A stretch of DNA of 64,000 bases from Pirellulales bacterium (lineage in GTDB: Bacteria > Planctomycetota > Planctomycetia > Pirellulales > PALSA-1355): the NCBI GenBank assembly GCA_963733035.1, contig CAVTBU010000005.1:128001-192000 (forward strand), read 5' to 3'. Position 1 is the first letter of the stretch; each line of letters begins with the position of its first letter. Of the stretch, positions 53,354-64,000 are shown piece after piece. The notes beneath the pieces are model-generated. The model was not told the DNA's origin, made no database searches, and saw only the letters and a program-made list of their open reading frames with translations. The position numbers were made by a program, and so were the translations under genes.

Positions 53354-54718
53354 ATGGGCACGTTCGTCGACAAACTGCTCGGTTCCGACATTAACTACAT
53401 TTCTCTCGCCGTTCCCTTTTTCTTTCTGTTGATCGGCGTCGAGTTTGTCGCCGGACTGATTCAAAACAAAAAACTCTACCGCTTCAATGACTCGATTAAC
53501 GATCTTAGCTGCGGAATCATCGACCAGACGATCGGCATCTTCCTCAAAGGCTTGCTGTTTGCCGGCTACCTGTTCCTGTTCGAGAACTTTCGGCTGTTCG
53601 ACATTGCCGCGGCGCCGGCAGCCGCGAAGTGGGTGGCCGCGGTTGCGTTGATGTTGGGCGTCGATTTCTGCTTCTATTGGTTTCACCGCATCGCTCACGA
53701 ATATGCCGCTCCCTGGGCCACGCACGTCGTGCACCACCAGAGCGAGGAATACAATCTCACGGTGGCGTTGCGGCAAAGCGCGCTCGAGGGCTGCTTCGCC
53801 TGGGTATTCTATCTGCCACTGGCGGTGATCGGCTTTCCGCCAGCCTGGTACGTGGCCATGTCGGCGTTGAACTTGCTCTATCAGTTTTGGATTCACACCG
53901 AAGCCATCGGCCGTCTGGGCCCGCTCGAATACGTGTTCAACACGCCGTCGCATCATCGGGTGCACCACGCACGCAATCCCAAGTACCTCGACCGGAACTA
54001 CGCCGGCATGTTCATCATCTGGGATCGCATGTTCGGCACGTTCCAACCGGAGGAAGAAGAACCGGTCTACGGACTCACCAAGCCACTACATAGTTGGAAT
54101 CCGCTGTGGGCCAACTTGCACGAATGGGCATCGCTCGCGCAAACGGCTTGGCACGCGCCGCGGTGGCGCGACAAAGTAAAGGTCTGGTTCATGCCGCTCG
54201 GCTGGACGCCTCCTGGTTTGCCCGAGGGACCACGCGCGCAAGAAGTGACTCGGGCGACCCTCCGCAAATACGACCCGCAGTTGCCACTTGGCTTGAACGT
54301 CTACGTGCTGTCGCATTTCGTGGTGACGCTCGTGCTATCCGTCCAGGTGCTTACGCTGTCCGACCAACACGAGCCGCTCACTTCGATCGTGCTGCCGGCC
54401 CTGTTTGTCCTGTGGTCATTGGCAAATCTGGGTGGAATCTTGGAACGCATGGCGTGGTCGCCTTGGGCAGAGTTGGCTCGATTGGCCACGCTCCCGTTTG
54501 CCGTGGCCCTGTTCGCAACCGATGACTGGTATGGCACTACCTTGGCCGCCAGCGCGGTGTTTTCCGCCGTCTCTGCGTATTGGTTGTGGAGTTTTCGTCG
54601 CGAGTTCAACCACAACGCCGCGGATGAAGCGAGCGATGCGCGTCCACTTGATACGATTTCGATGCCGCGGGCAAACGCGTCCGGCACTTACGCGCCCCCG
54701 GCGGGCGATCTACAATAA
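53354..54718 (+). CDS. Sterol desaturase/fatty-acid hydroxylase family, alkylglycerol monooxygenase-like
   Basis: His boxes YWFHRIAH, HVVHHQSEEYNLTVALRQ, QFWIHT, NTPSHHRVHH; IIWDRMFGTF; C-terminal TM extension. Confidence 0.88.
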   Translation: MGTFVDKLLGSDINYISLAVPFFFLLIGVEFVAGLIQNKKLYRFNDSINDLSCGIIDQTIGIFLKGLLFAGYLFLFENFRLFDIAAAPAAAKWVAAVALMLGVDFCFYWFHRIAHEYAAPWATHVVHHQSEEYNLTVALRQSALEGCFAWVFYLPLAVIGFPPAWYVAMSALNLLYQFWIHTEAIGRLGPLEYVFNTPSHHRVHHARNPKYLDRNYAGMFIIWDRMFGTFQPEEEEPVYGLTKPLHSWNPLWANLHEWASLAQTAWHAPRWRDKVKVWFMPLGWTPPGLPEGPRAQEVTRATLRKYDPQLPLGLNVYVLSHFVVTLVLSVQVLTLSDQHEPLTSIVLPALFVLWSLANLGGILERMAWSPWAELARLATLPFAVALFATDDWYGTTLAASAVFSAVSAYWLWSFRREFNHNAADEASDARPLDTISMPRANASGTYAPPAGDLQ

Positions 54719-54798
54719 ATGCCATTATGGCTCCTGGGCCGACATTTCGCTGATGTCATGCCGCGGAGCCTTCACGCACTGCCGTGGGAAGCGCTGCA

Positions 54799-57285
54799 AT
54801 GAGTCGATCGGCAATCGCGTTTGCAACCAGTAGCTGGCTGTGGCTGGCTTCGCTTGTCGGCGCTGCCGCTGCCCCACCAGGCAGCATCGACTACTCGCGC
54901 GACGTCCGACCGATCCTCTCGGCCCACTGCTTTCAATGCCACGGTCCCGACGCCGATGCTCGCCAGGCTGGATTGCGGCTAGACGACGAGGCCGCGGCAA
55001 CCGGCGAGTTGCCCAGCGGTTCACGCGCCGTCGTACCTGGCAGTCCATCCGCGAGTGAACTTATCAAGCGAATCGCGACCGACGACGAAGACCTTGCCAT
55101 GCCGCCAGCCGACGCTGGTAAGCGTTTGACCGAACACGAGGTCGCGATCGTGCGCCAATGGATCGACGATGGCGCGGCCTACACGCGGCACTGGGCCTAT
55201 GTTGCCCCCGAACGTCCCGTTCTTCCCATTGTCTCGAAACCTGCCTGGGCAAGAAATCCAATCGACTCCTTCATCCTTGCGCGGCTCGACCGCGAGGGCC
55301 TGAGACCGGCCCCCGCAGCCGACCGGGCCACGCTGCTCCGGCGGGTGGCACTCGACCTGACAGGGTTGCCGCCTACGATTGCCGAGGTCGATCGGTTTGT
55401 CGCCGATCCGTCACACGATGCCTACGAACAGGCAGTCGACCGGCTGTTGGCAAAGCAATCGTACGGCGAGCGGTTCGCCGCCATGTGGCTCGACTTGGGG
55501 CGCTACGGCGACTCGCAAGGCTACATTCACGACCCGCCGCGGACGATCTGGCGATGGCGCGACTGGCTGATCGAAGCCTTGAATGCCAACTTGCCGTTCG
55601 ATCAGTTCACGGTCGAGATGCTCGCAGGCGACCTGCTTCCCGAACCCACCACGGACCAGCTCATCGCCACCGGCTTCCACCGCAACACGACCAACAACAC
55701 CGAGGGGGGCGCAAATCCGGAGGAATACCGTCATGCTTCGGTCGTCGACCGAGTGAACACGACCATGCAAGTCTGGATGGGCACCACGATCGGTTGTGCC
55801 CAGTGTCACACGCATAAGTACGATCCCATCACGCAGCGTGAGTACTACCAGGTGTTTGCCATCTTCAACGGCACTCGCGATAACAACAGTGAAGACCCGA
55901 CGCGCGAAGTCCCCCGCGTCGGCGACGACGACCGTTTTGCCGTCACCAGCGAGACACTCAAGAGAGCCCGCGGCGAATTGTACGCCGAGACAAAGCGAGC
56001 TGACGAGACGCTACCCGACTGGTTGAATTCGGTTGATCCCACGTCGCTGCCAAAGGAAATCGCCGAGATCGTCGCGATGCCTGCCGACGATCGGAACATG
56101 GAACAACGAGAAATGCTCGCGGCGCATCATCGATCGCTCAGCGACTCCTGGAAAGCCGCGCAGGAAGTGGCCGACAGGTACAAGGCCGACCTGAGCACGG
56201 TCTCGACGACAACGCTGATCATGAGCGAAGGACCGGCCCGCGAAACGCACGTGGCAATTCGCGGCAACTACCGCAATCATGGTGACGCGGTGAAGCCCGG
56301 CGTACCGGCGGCCTTTCATCCGCTTCTGCACGCGGGCAATTGCGACCGCCTGAGCTTCGCCCGCTGGCTGGTCGATCCGGCCAACCCGCTAACGGCACGC
56401 GTGGCTGTCAACCGCTTGTGGCAGGAAATATTCGGCATTGGTATCGTGGAGACCGCTGAGGACTTCGGCAACCAGGGTGAGCCGCCGACACATCCCGAGT
56501 TGCTCGATTGGCTCGCGATGGAATACATCCGGCTGGATTGGGATACCAAGGCGCTCCTGCGCCTCATGGTCACTTCCGCGGCCTATCGACAAGCGTCTCA
56601 AACGACACCGGAGTTGGCCGCCCGCGACCCGCTCAATCGCCTGTTGGCTCGCGGGCCACGCGTGCGTCTGACAGCCGAGGCGGTGCGCGATCAAGCACTT
56701 GCGGTCGCCGGTTTATTGACTCCCAAGCTGTATGGTCCGCCGGTCCATCCGCCGCAACCGACGAGTGGCCTGTCTGCGGCGTTTGGCACGAGCACGGATT
56801 GGAACACCAGTGACGGCGAGGACCGCTACCGGCGAGCTTTGTATACCCGTTGGCGTCGCAACCTGCCCTACGCGTCGATGATTGCCTTTGATGCCCCGGA
56901 GCGAAGCGTATGCAGCACTCGCCGCATTCGTAGCAACACGCCACTCCAGGCGCTTGTGACGCTGAACGACGCGGTTTTTGTTGAAGCCGCGCAAGCCTTG
57001 GCTCGCCGCGCGATTCAAGAGTCCGGTGGCGATGTGTCGGCCCGCGCGGAATACGCGTTTCGTAGCGTGCTGTTGCGGCGTCCCGAGCCTGCGGAACTCT
57101 CGCGGCTTGTCGCTCTCTTTGAGCAAGCCCGGTCGAGCCTCGCGAGCGCCCCAGACGAGGCCCTCGCGCTTGCGACGAAGCCACTGGGAGCATTGCCAGC
57201 GGGAATCGATCCGGCGGACGCCGCCGCCTGGACCGTCGTTGCCAATGTGCTTTTAAACCTCGATGAAACGCTTGCGAAACCCTGA
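54799..57285 (+). CDS. Planctomycete cytochrome c + DUF1549 + DUF1553 protein
   Basis: [88 protein letters not shown]. Confidence 0.92.
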   Translation: MSRSAIAFATSSWLWLASLVGAAAAPPGSIDYSRDVRPILSAHCFQCHGPDADARQAGLRLDDEAAATGELPSGSRAVVPGSPSASELIKRIATDDEDLAMPPADAGKRLTEHEVAIVRQWIDDGAAYTRHWAYVAPERPVLPIVSKPAWARNPIDSFILARLDREGLRPAPAADRATLLRRVALDLTGLPPTIAEVDRFVADPSHDAYEQAVDRLLAKQSYGERFAAMWLDLGRYGDSQGYIHDPPRTIWRWRDWLIEALNANLPFDQFTVEMLAGDLLPEPTTDQLIATGFHRNTTNNTEGGANPEEYRHASVVDRVNTTMQVWMGTTIGCAQCHTHKYDPITQREYYQVFAIFNGTRDNNSEDPTREVPRVGDDDRFAVTSETLKRARGELYAETKRADETLPDWLNSVDPTSLPKEIAEIVAMPADDRNMEQREMLAAHHRSLSDSWKAAQEVADRYKADLSTVSTTTLIMSEGPARETHVAIRGNYRNHGDAVKPGVPAAFHPLLHAGNCDRLSFARWLVDPANPLTARVAVNRLWQEIFGIGIVETAEDFGNQGEPPTHPELLDWLAMEYIRLDWDTKALLRLMVTSAAYRQASQTTPELAARDPLNRLLARGPRVRLTAEAVRDQALAVAGLLTPKLYGPPVHPPQPTSGLSAAFGTSTDWNTSDGEDRYRRALYTRWRRNLPYASMIAFDAPERSVCSTRRIRSNTPLQALVTLNDAVFVEAAQALARRAIQESGGDVSARAEYAFRSVLLRRPEPAELSRLVALFEQARSSLASAPDEALALATKPLGALPAGIDPADAAAWTVVANVLLNLDETLAKP

Positions 57286-57303
57286 CCGCCGTCCAAGGCG
57301 CTG

Positions 57304-58770
57304 ATGCAAATGCTACGGCCCACCCACCACGAACTTGTCGCCGCACAAACTCGGCGACATTTCCTGCGCGATGGCTCGCTCGGCCTGGGTGCGCTGGCAT
57401 TGAGCGGGCTGCTCGGACGCGATGCAAACGCCGCTGTTACGAGCGAGACCGATCCGTTTGCCCCCAAGGCACCACACTTTCCGGCGAAGGTCAAGAACGT
57501 CATCTTCCTCAGCATGTCGGGCGGACCGCCACACCTCGATCTGTTCGACTTCAAACCGGAGCTTGTGAAGCGTAGTGGCGAGGATTGCCCTGCCTCGCTC
57601 ATGGAAGGCAAACCGTTCGCGTTCACCGGTCCCTCGGCCAAACTACTGGGTACGCCGCAAAAATTCGCCAGGCACGGGCAATGCGGCGCGTGGTTTTCCG
57701 CGGCACTGCCGAATCTCGCGGCATTGGCCGACGAGTTGACTTTCATCAAGTCATTCACCACCGATCAGTTCAATCACGGGCCGGCGGAGCTGTTGCTCTA
57801 TACGGGTATTCCCCGCACGGCCGGACGACCATCGTTCGGTTCGTGGACGACCTACGGACTGGGCTCCGAGAGTCGCGACTTGCCGAGCTTCATCGTGTTC
57901 GTCTCTGGCGGCTCGTTGCCCAGCGTGGGCAAGGCGGGCTGGGGCGCCGGTTTTCTCCCCTCGGTCTACCAAGGCGTGCAGTGCCGTACAGGCGGCGATC
58001 CGGTGTTGTACTTGTCGAACCCCGAGGGCATGAGCCGCCAGCTGCGTCGCGTGGGGCTCGATGCGCTGCGCGATCTGAACGAAATCGAGGCCGCGAAGCT
58101 CGGCGACCCTGAAACACGGACACGCATCGCGCAATACGAGTTGGCGTTCCGCATGCAGACCATCGTCCCCGAGGTGATGGACATTTCCACCGAACCGGCC
58201 GCCGTGCTCGAAGATTACGGGGCCGCACCCGGCGCGGGTTCATTTGCCAATAACTGCCTGCTTGCTCGTCGACTGGTCGCAAAGGGCGTGCGGTTTGTCC
58301 AGCTTTATGATTGGGGCTGGGATTTCCACGGCACGAACCCCAAGGAAGACTTACGCGAAAATCTGATCGAACGTTGTGCGCTAATGGACCGACCGGTGGC
58401 GGCGCTGATCCGCGACCTCAAGCGCCAGGGGCTGCTGGACTCGACACTTGTCATCTGGATGGGTGAGTTCGGACGCACACCGTTTCGCGAGGGGCGGACG
58501 GCGGACGGCCAGTATATCGGCCGCGATCATCATCCGTTCTCCAACACCATGTTCATGGCCGGCGGCGGACTCAAGCCGGGCACAACTTTCGGCGAAACCG
58601 ACGAATTGGGCTTCTTTGTCACCGAGAACCCCGTCGTTCCTCATGACATTCAGGCCACTATCCTGCATCTGCTCGGGCTCGATCACACCAAGCTGACCTA
58701 TCACTTCCAAGGTCGCGACTATCGCCTGACCGACGTCAGCGGACGCGTGGTTCACGAAATCTTAATTTAA
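57304..58770 (+). CDS. DUF1501 domain protein (Tat-like signal)
   Basis: TRRHFL; SGGPPHLDLFDFKP; QYELAFRMQ; CLLARRLV.KGVRFVQ; GEFGRTP; GRDHHP; RLTDVSG. Confidence 0.92.
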   Translation: MQMLRPTHHELVAAQTRRHFLRDGSLGLGALALSGLLGRDANAAVTSETDPFAPKAPHFPAKVKNVIFLSMSGGPPHLDLFDFKPELVKRSGEDCPASLMEGKPFAFTGPSAKLLGTPQKFARHGQCGAWFSAALPNLAALADELTFIKSFTTDQFNHGPAELLLYTGIPRTAGRPSFGSWTTYGLGSESRDLPSFIVFVSGGSLPSVGKAGWGAGFLPSVYQGVQCRTGGDPVLYLSNPEGMSRQLRRVGLDALRDLNEIEAAKLGDPETRTRIAQYELAFRMQTIVPEVMDISTEPAAVLEDYGAAPGAGSFANNCLLARRLVAKGVRFVQLYDWGWDFHGTNPKEDLRENLIERCALMDRPVAALIRDLKRQGLLDSTLVIWMGEFGRTPFREGRTADGQYIGRDHHPFSNTMFMAGGGLKPGTTFGETDELGFFVTENPVVPHDIQATILHLLGLDHTKLTYHFQGRDYRLTDVSGRVVHEILI

Positions 58771-58939
58771 TCGTGATCGTACCACTCGCCGGGTTTTACT
58801 CTTTGGGGTGCGCAGCACTTTCCCCGGTTGCTACAATCCACTGCGTAGCCAAGCATTGACGGTCGACGGAGCGAACCACCACGTATTTTTCGGCGCGACG
58901 TTGTCGGCGAGTCTCTCGCCCGGCAGCGGCAGGATTGCC

Positions 58940-60136
58940 ATGGAACCGCGCGCGTTCAATTTGCTCACGCTCAACACAGGCTCCTCGAGCCTGAAGGGGG
59001 CGGTCTATCTTGGCGGCTCGCAGCCCGAGCGGGTCCTCTCCGCCGACGCCATTGGAATCGGCCAAGGGGCGGGGCGTATTAGAGTCGTCGATGTTCGCGG
59101 CAACGTGCTCTTGGAGCGCAACGATCCGCTGCCCGACCATCCCGCCGCGCTAGAGCTCTTAGTTGCCTGGCTGCGCGAGAACGGACGGCTGGACGCCATT
59201 GCCGGCGTGGGCCATCGCGTGGTGCATGGCGGCCTCAAGTACCAACAGCCTGTAAGAATCGACGCCGCGGTGTTGGCCAATCTCAAGGCCCTCGTGCCGT
59301 TGGCGCCCGATCACTTGCCACAGTCCATCGCGGCGATCGAAACCCTTGCCAAAAGCTTACCCAAAACTCCCCAAGTTGCATGCTTCGACACCGCGTTTCA
59401 CCGCACGCTACCACCACGCGCCCGCACGCTCCCGCTGTCTCGTAGCCTGGACGAGCAGGGCGTGGTACGGTTCGGATTTCACGGCCTCTCCTACGAGTAC
59501 CTGGTCGAACAACTACAAAGCCTCGATCCGGTCCATTGCGGTGGCCGGGCGATCCTGGCGCACCTGGGCAATGGCGCAAGCATGGCGGCCGTGCGGCGCG
59601 GCCAAAGCGTTGACACCAGCATGGGCTTCACCCCAGCCGGCGGACTGGTAATGAGCGCGCGCACCGGCGATCTGGATCCCGGCGTGCTTGTGTATTTACT
59701 CAAAACAAAAAGCTATACCGACGAGCAACTGAACGCATTGGTCAATCGCGACTCAGGGCTGATGGGAATCTCGGGATTGAGCTCTAGCATGCAAGAGCTG
59801 CTCGCCGCGCGGGAGACGCACGAGCGGGCCGCGCTGGCCGTCGACATCTTTTGTTATCAGGCGCAAAAGTTTCTAGGCGCCTATGCCGCGGCGCTGGGGG
59901 GCCTCGATACGGTTGTTTTTGCGGGCGGCATTGGCGAAAACTCCGCCACGATCCGGCAACAGATTTGCACTGAGCTAGAGTTCTTGGGGATCCGCCTGGA
60001 TTCTTCCCGAAACCAGGCCCACGCGGAGGTGATCTCCGCGGCGGACAGCGGCGTCACCGTGCGTGTGATCAAGACGGATGAAGACCTGATGATTGCCCGC
60101 CACACGAACCGACTTTTGGCCCAACAGGAGGAATGA
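58940..60136 (+). CDS. ackA: Acetate/propionate kinase
   Basis: [69 protein letters not shown]. Confidence 0.93.
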   Translation: MEPRAFNLLTLNTGSSSLKGAVYLGGSQPERVLSADAIGIGQGAGRIRVVDVRGNVLLERNDPLPDHPAALELLVAWLRENGRLDAIAGVGHRVVHGGLKYQQPVRIDAAVLANLKALVPLAPDHLPQSIAAIETLAKSLPKTPQVACFDTAFHRTLPPRARTLPLSRSLDEQGVVRFGFHGLSYEYLVEQLQSLDPVHCGGRAILAHLGNGASMAAVRRGQSVDTSMGFTPAGGLVMSARTGDLDPGVLVYLLKTKSYTDEQLNALVNRDSGLMGISGLSSSMQELLAARETHERAALAVDIFCYQAQKFLGAYAAALGGLDTVVFAGGIGENSATIRQQICTELEFLGIRLDSSRNQAHAEVISAADSGVTVRVIKTDEDLMIARHTNRLLAQQEE

Positions 60137-62613
60137 TCATGTCGTCCACGCAAGCATCCACGCCGGTCGGGGCCAAGTCGCAGAAGACATCGGCCGAGCA
60201 ACCACTGTCGGCTGAACTGCTCGACAAGATGCACCGCTACTGGTGCGCCGCCAACTACCTGACAGTGGCACAGATCTATCTCTGCGAAAATCCTCTGCTC
60301 CGCGAGCCGCTTTCGGTCGACCACATCAAGCCGCGCCTGCTGGGTCACTGGGGCACTTCACCCGGCCTGAATTTCCTGTATGTGCACCTCAACCGTCTGA
60401 TTAAACAACACAATCTGAACGCTATTTTTGTCACCGGCCCGGGCCACGGCGGCCCAGCGCTGAACGCGTCAACGTACTTGGAAGGTTCCTACAGCGAGGT
60501 ACATACAGAAATTACGCAAGACGACGGAGGATTGCGGCTGTTGTGCCGCCAATTCTCCACGCCTGGCGGAGTACCCAGCCACGCCGGCCCGCACGTTCCG
60601 GGGTCGATCAACGAAGGTGGTGAATTGGGCTACTCCTTGCTGCATGCCTATGGGGCCGCGTTCGACAACCCCGACTTGCTGGTGGCCTGCGTCGTCGGCG
60701 ATGGCGAGGCGGAAACCGGCCCTCTCGCCGGAAGCTGGAAGAGCAACAAGTTCCTCAACCCCGTTCGCGACGGCGCGGTGCTTCCGATCCTGCATCTGAA
60801 CGGCTACAAGATTTCCGGGCCCACGGTCCTCGCCCGCATCCCCCAGGAAGAACTCCTGGAGTTGATGCGCGGCCACGGATACGAGCCCCACGTGGTGGAA
60901 GGCGATGAGCCGCTCGACATGCACCAGCGGTTTGCCGCCACGCTCGACCGCTGTTATGCCCGGATCCGGGCCATCCAGGATGCGGCGCGCCAAAAGGGCT
61001 TCACCCGCCGCGAAGCATGGCCGATGATCATCTTCCGCACGCCCAAGGGCTGGACCGGACCAAAAGTGGTCGACGGCATCCCAGTCGAAGGAACCTTTCG
61101 CGCCCACCAGGTTCCGCTGGCCAACGTGCGCAACAATCCCGAGCATCTCAAAATGCTCGAACAGTGGATGCTCAGCTACAAACCGCAGCAGCTGTTCGAC
61201 AAGCGCGGCCGGCTGATTCCGGAGTTGGCCGATCTGCCGCCGCAAGGCGACCGAAGAATGAGCGCCAACCCACATGCCAACGGCGGCCGCGAAATTGTGG
61301 AGTTGGACCTTCCCGACTTCAATCACTACGCGCTCGAGATTCCGGGTCCTGGCCAGGTGACCGCCGAAGCACCACGCAAGCTGGGTGAATTCCTCCGCGA
61401 CACGTTTCGCCTGAATCCAGACAATTTCCGATTATTCTGTCCGGATGAAACAAATTCCAATCGCCTGAACGCCGTTTTCGACGCCACCAATCGCTGCAGC
61501 ACCGCCTCGCGCATCCCAATCGACGATCACGTATCACCCGACGGGCGAGTGATGGAAGTACTCAGCGAACATTGCTGCGAGGGCTGGCACGAGGGTTATG
61601 TCCTGACCGGCCGGCATGGCGTGTTCCCCACTTACGAAGCGTTTGCTCAAGTTGTCGACTCGATGCTTACGCAACACGCCAAATGGCTCAAGGAATGCAA
61701 GGAACAAGCCTGGCGGCGCCCGATTCCGTCGATCAATTACCTGCTCACCAGCCATGCTTGGCGCAACGATCACAACGGCTTTAGCCATCAAGCGCCTGGC
61801 TTCATCGATAACGCCCTGGTGAAGAAGAGCACCATCGTGCGCACCTATTTTCCACCGGACGGCAATTGTCTGATGAGCACTGTCGACCACTGCCTGCGCA
61901 GCCGCAACTACGTGAATCTGATGGTCTGCGGCAAACAACCGCAGCTCCAATGGTTAACGATGGAAGAAGCTCGACGCCATTGCTCCCAGGGTGCTGCCAA
62001 GTGGGACTTCTGCAGCAATGACGGCGACCAGGAGCCCGACGTGGTACTGGCGTGCTGCGGAGACGTACCGACGATTGAAGTGGTTGCAACCGCCTGGCTC
62101 CTGCAAAAGTACGTGCCCGACATCCGCGTGCGGGTCGTTAACATCGTCGACCTGGGAGTCGTCATGCATCCCGACTCGCACCCGCACGGCATGGACAATC
62201 TGTCCTTTGAAGATTTGTTCACCACCGCCGCACCCGTGATCTTTGCCTTCCACGGCTATCGCTGGGTCATCCATAGCGTCGTGCACGGCCGGTCGAACGA
62301 AGCCCGTTTTCATGTCCGCGGCTACATGGAAGAAGGGACGACGACCACGCCCTTCGATATGGTCGTGCAGAATAAGATGAGCCGATTCCAATTGGTGATC
62401 GACGCGCTGAAGTACGTGCCCAGGCTTCGTTCACAAGCCGGCCCCGTGATCGACCTGTTCGAGCGCAAGCTCTTCGAACATCACACCTATGTTCGTGAGA
62501 ATCTGGTCGACCTGCCCGAGATCGTAAATTGGCGCTGGACTGACGACTTCAGCGAAGCCAACGAGCCGCCACCGACGGCCCGGCAAGAAAAAGCAACCTT
62601 CACCGACGCGTGA
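60133..62613 (+). CDS. xfp: Xylulose-5-P/fructose-6-P phosphoketolase
   Basis: [77 protein letters not shown]. Confidence 0.96.
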   Translation: MIMSSTQASTPVGAKSQKTSAEQPLSAELLDKMHRYWCAANYLTVAQIYLCENPLLREPLSVDHIKPRLLGHWGTSPGLNFLYVHLNRLIKQHNLNAIFVTGPGHGGPALNASTYLEGSYSEVHTEITQDDGGLRLLCRQFSTPGGVPSHAGPHVPGSINEGGELGYSLLHAYGAAFDNPDLLVACVVGDGEAETGPLAGSWKSNKFLNPVRDGAVLPILHLNGYKISGPTVLARIPQEELLELMRGHGYEPHVVEGDEPLDMHQRFAATLDRCYARIRAIQDAARQKGFTRREAWPMIIFRTPKGWTGPKVVDGIPVEGTFRAHQVPLANVRNNPEHLKMLEQWMLSYKPQQLFDKRGRLIPELADLPPQGDRRMSANPHANGGREIVELDLPDFNHYALEIPGPGQVTAEAPRKLGEFLRDTFRLNPDNFRLFCPDETNSNRLNAVFDATNRCSTASRIPIDDHVSPDGRVMEVLSEHCCEGWHEGYVLTGRHGVFPTYEAFAQVVDSMLTQHAKWLKECKEQAWRRPIPSINYLLTSHAWRNDHNGFSHQAPGFIDNALVKKSTIVRTYFPPDGNCLMSTVDHCLRSRNYVNLMVCGKQPQLQWLTMEEARRHCSQGAAKWDFCSNDGDQEPDVVLACCGDVPTIEVVATAWLLQKYVPDIRVRVVNIVDLGVVMHPDSHPHGMDNLSFEDLFTTAAPVIFAFHGYRWVIHSVVHGRSNEARFHVRGYMEEGTTTTPFDMVVQNKMSRFQLVIDALKYVPRLRSQAGPVIDLFERKLFEHHTYVRENLVDLPEIVNWRWTDDFSEANEPPPTARQEKATFTDA

Positions 62614-62714
62614 CGCGAGCGATGCACTGACTATCCTGACCGTTTCTGCCGGGAACGAACCTCGGCGATTGCACCGGCCGCTGCCCGGCTTCCGACCGCG
62701 AAATCGCGGGCGGA

Positions 62715-63214
62715 CTATTCGTCGCCGTGAGCGGCATCTTTTAGCGACGTCAGGCAAGCCAGCACCGCCTCGCGCCGTGGGCCAGGAATCCGCTTGAGAA
62801 TCTGCATGATGCGTTCGATCCGCCGGTCTTCGCGGATTTGCATCAGCTCGCGAGCCCGCTCGGTGAGCTCCAGATTTCGCACCCGCCGGTCGTCTCCCAG
62901 CGGGCCGCGTGTTACCATGCCAGACGCTTCGAGCCGATCGGCAAGTTGCGTCACGGCACTCTGAGAAACCCCCAGCTCGAGGCTGAGCTCCTTCATGCTT
63001 CGCGCGCCTTCGAACAGCGCAGCGCAGACGCGAAGTTGTCGGAGCGGGAATTCTGATGCCGGATCATCGTCGATGAACATACGGCGCCCAGCGCCTTGAA
63101 TATGACGTCCAAGTCTCGCGCCTGCTGACGAATGGCAGGTGGCGCGGCCGAATGGCCATCCGAATTCGGATGGCCGACACCATCGGCGCGGCGCGGAGAG
63201 GCAATTTGATTCAT
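62715..63214 (-). CDS. MarR family regulator; probable frameshift near 63086
   Basis: SMKELSLELGVSQSAVTQLADRLEASGMVTR...DRRVRNLELT in ORF 62715-63080; a helix-1-like segment QARDLDVIFKAL lies upstream in ORF 62993-63214. Confidence 0.82.
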
Positions 63215-63386
63215 GTCGCTATGCTATTAATCTGAATTAACTGAATCAAGGAAACGAATGTCCGCCCGGACTCAAACGTTGTTAAGCGGAGAAGACCTCG
63301 CTGCCAGCTTGGAACTCGGACATGCGTACGGGAAGATTCACCTGCCACATTTGCAAAACGGAGACAGCCTTGAGCGACCTGTTCCC

Positions 63387-64000
63387 CTAGATCGCTTCGA
63401 ATGGAAACAACGGTTTTCGCCGGTGCTGGTATTTGAGCTGCGTCATGTCGGCGGTTGTAACACCGGGTGTGTTCACGCGCAGCATGGTTGGGCAAATCGA
63501 CGCGTAGGCCGCGACCGGGGCGTGGACGCCCTTGGCGACGATCGCCCGAAACTTCGCCGGATCGATCCCGCAGCTGGTAAGTTGGCCCAGGCTGAACGGC
63601 GCAATGCGGCGACTGGTGAGCATGACGGTCTGTCCGCCCGCGAGTTCCACGACCGCCGTGGGCCCCATGTCGTACTCCGTGCGGCCTCCGTGCCGGGCTT
63701 GCGATTCGTGAAACTTGCCGTCGTATAGCCCGACGACGCGCGCCTTGCCGACAAACGGCTTGCCACAACGCGGGTCGGCCTTCCCGCCGAGCGTCATCTC
63801 GATCGTCTTACCAATGCCAGCTTGCGTGGCGGCTTCCACGGCGTCTGGATCGTAGAGGCTGGCAAACGATTTTGCGACGCCTCCGTCTACCAAGGCCCGC
63901 AGCAGCACCGTTCCGTCGCCCGGCGCGCCGCCGCCGACGTTGTCGCCCATGTCGAGCAGGCAAACGGGTGTCTTGCTGTCGGCGGCTTGCGCTACGGCCG
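63387..64000 (-). CDS. MlrC/M81 family metallopeptidase, C-terminal part (5' end outside window)
   Basis: PVCLLDMGDNVGGGAPGDGT, LGGK.D, DMGPTAVV, GIDP...IVAKG, VNTPG, RRKPLFPFE. Confidence 0.88.
   Translation of the reverse strand, partial: AVAQAADSKTPVCLLDMGDNVGGGAPGDGTVLLRALVDGGVAKSFASLYDPDAVEAATQAGIGKTIEMTLGGKADPRCGKPFVGKARVVGLYDGKFHESQARHGGRTEYDMGPTAVVELAGGQTVMLTSRRIAPFSLGQLTSCGIDPAKFRAIVAKGVHAPVAAYASICPTMLRVNTPGVTTADMTQLKYQHRRKPLFPFEAI

Noticed and set aside
18421..63090. Programmed frameshifting or phase variation as the cause of the split genes
   Set aside because: Tracts are very short, lack slippery heptamers, and hit unrelated genes in both shift directions; sequencing error is more parsimonious though unproven
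1..64000. CRISPR array, rRNA/tRNA, IS or prophage
   Set aside because: No regularly spaced nucleotide repeats, RNA gene signatures, transposase, integrase or phage motifs were recognised

Overview
GC-rich bacterial window, very likely Planctomycetota (inferred from two DUF1501 + DUF1549/DUF1553 pairs, a BBP7-like beta-barrel and planctomycete-style secretin proteins). Five blocks are visible. (1) 1-16.9 kb: a FadR/GntR-regulated catabolic locus with several Asp-box beta-propeller proteins, an amidohydrolase, an M14 deacylase, an SDR, an HpcH aldolase, a class IV aminotransferase and a sodium:solute symporter; the substrate is unknown. (2) 17.3-39.4 kb: an unusual type II secretion/pseudopilus cluster with a ~1,400-aa barrel-less secretin-N-repeat protein, an EF-hand protein, GspE-F-G-H-I-J-K, GspL-like and GspM/C-like proteins, a long secretin, a lipoprotein, a BON protein and a beta-barrel. 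(3) 39.8-43.6 kb: a NodU/CmcH carbamoyltransferase cassette with an SGNH hydrolase. (4) 43.7-58.8 kb: TetR with a clear operator, two tandem redoxin/cytochrome c/copper-monooxygenase-like genes, two DUF1549-1553/DUF1501 pairs and an AGMO-like desaturase. (5) 58.9-64 kb: ackA-xfp, MarR and a partial MlrC. At least eight genes are broken by 1-2 bp frameshifts that all fall in GCGC-containing tracts; this is most likely a systematic sequencing artefact, possibly methylation-linked. No rRNA, tRNA, CRISPR array or transposase was recognised. All family assignments come from motif recognition by eye, not database searches.
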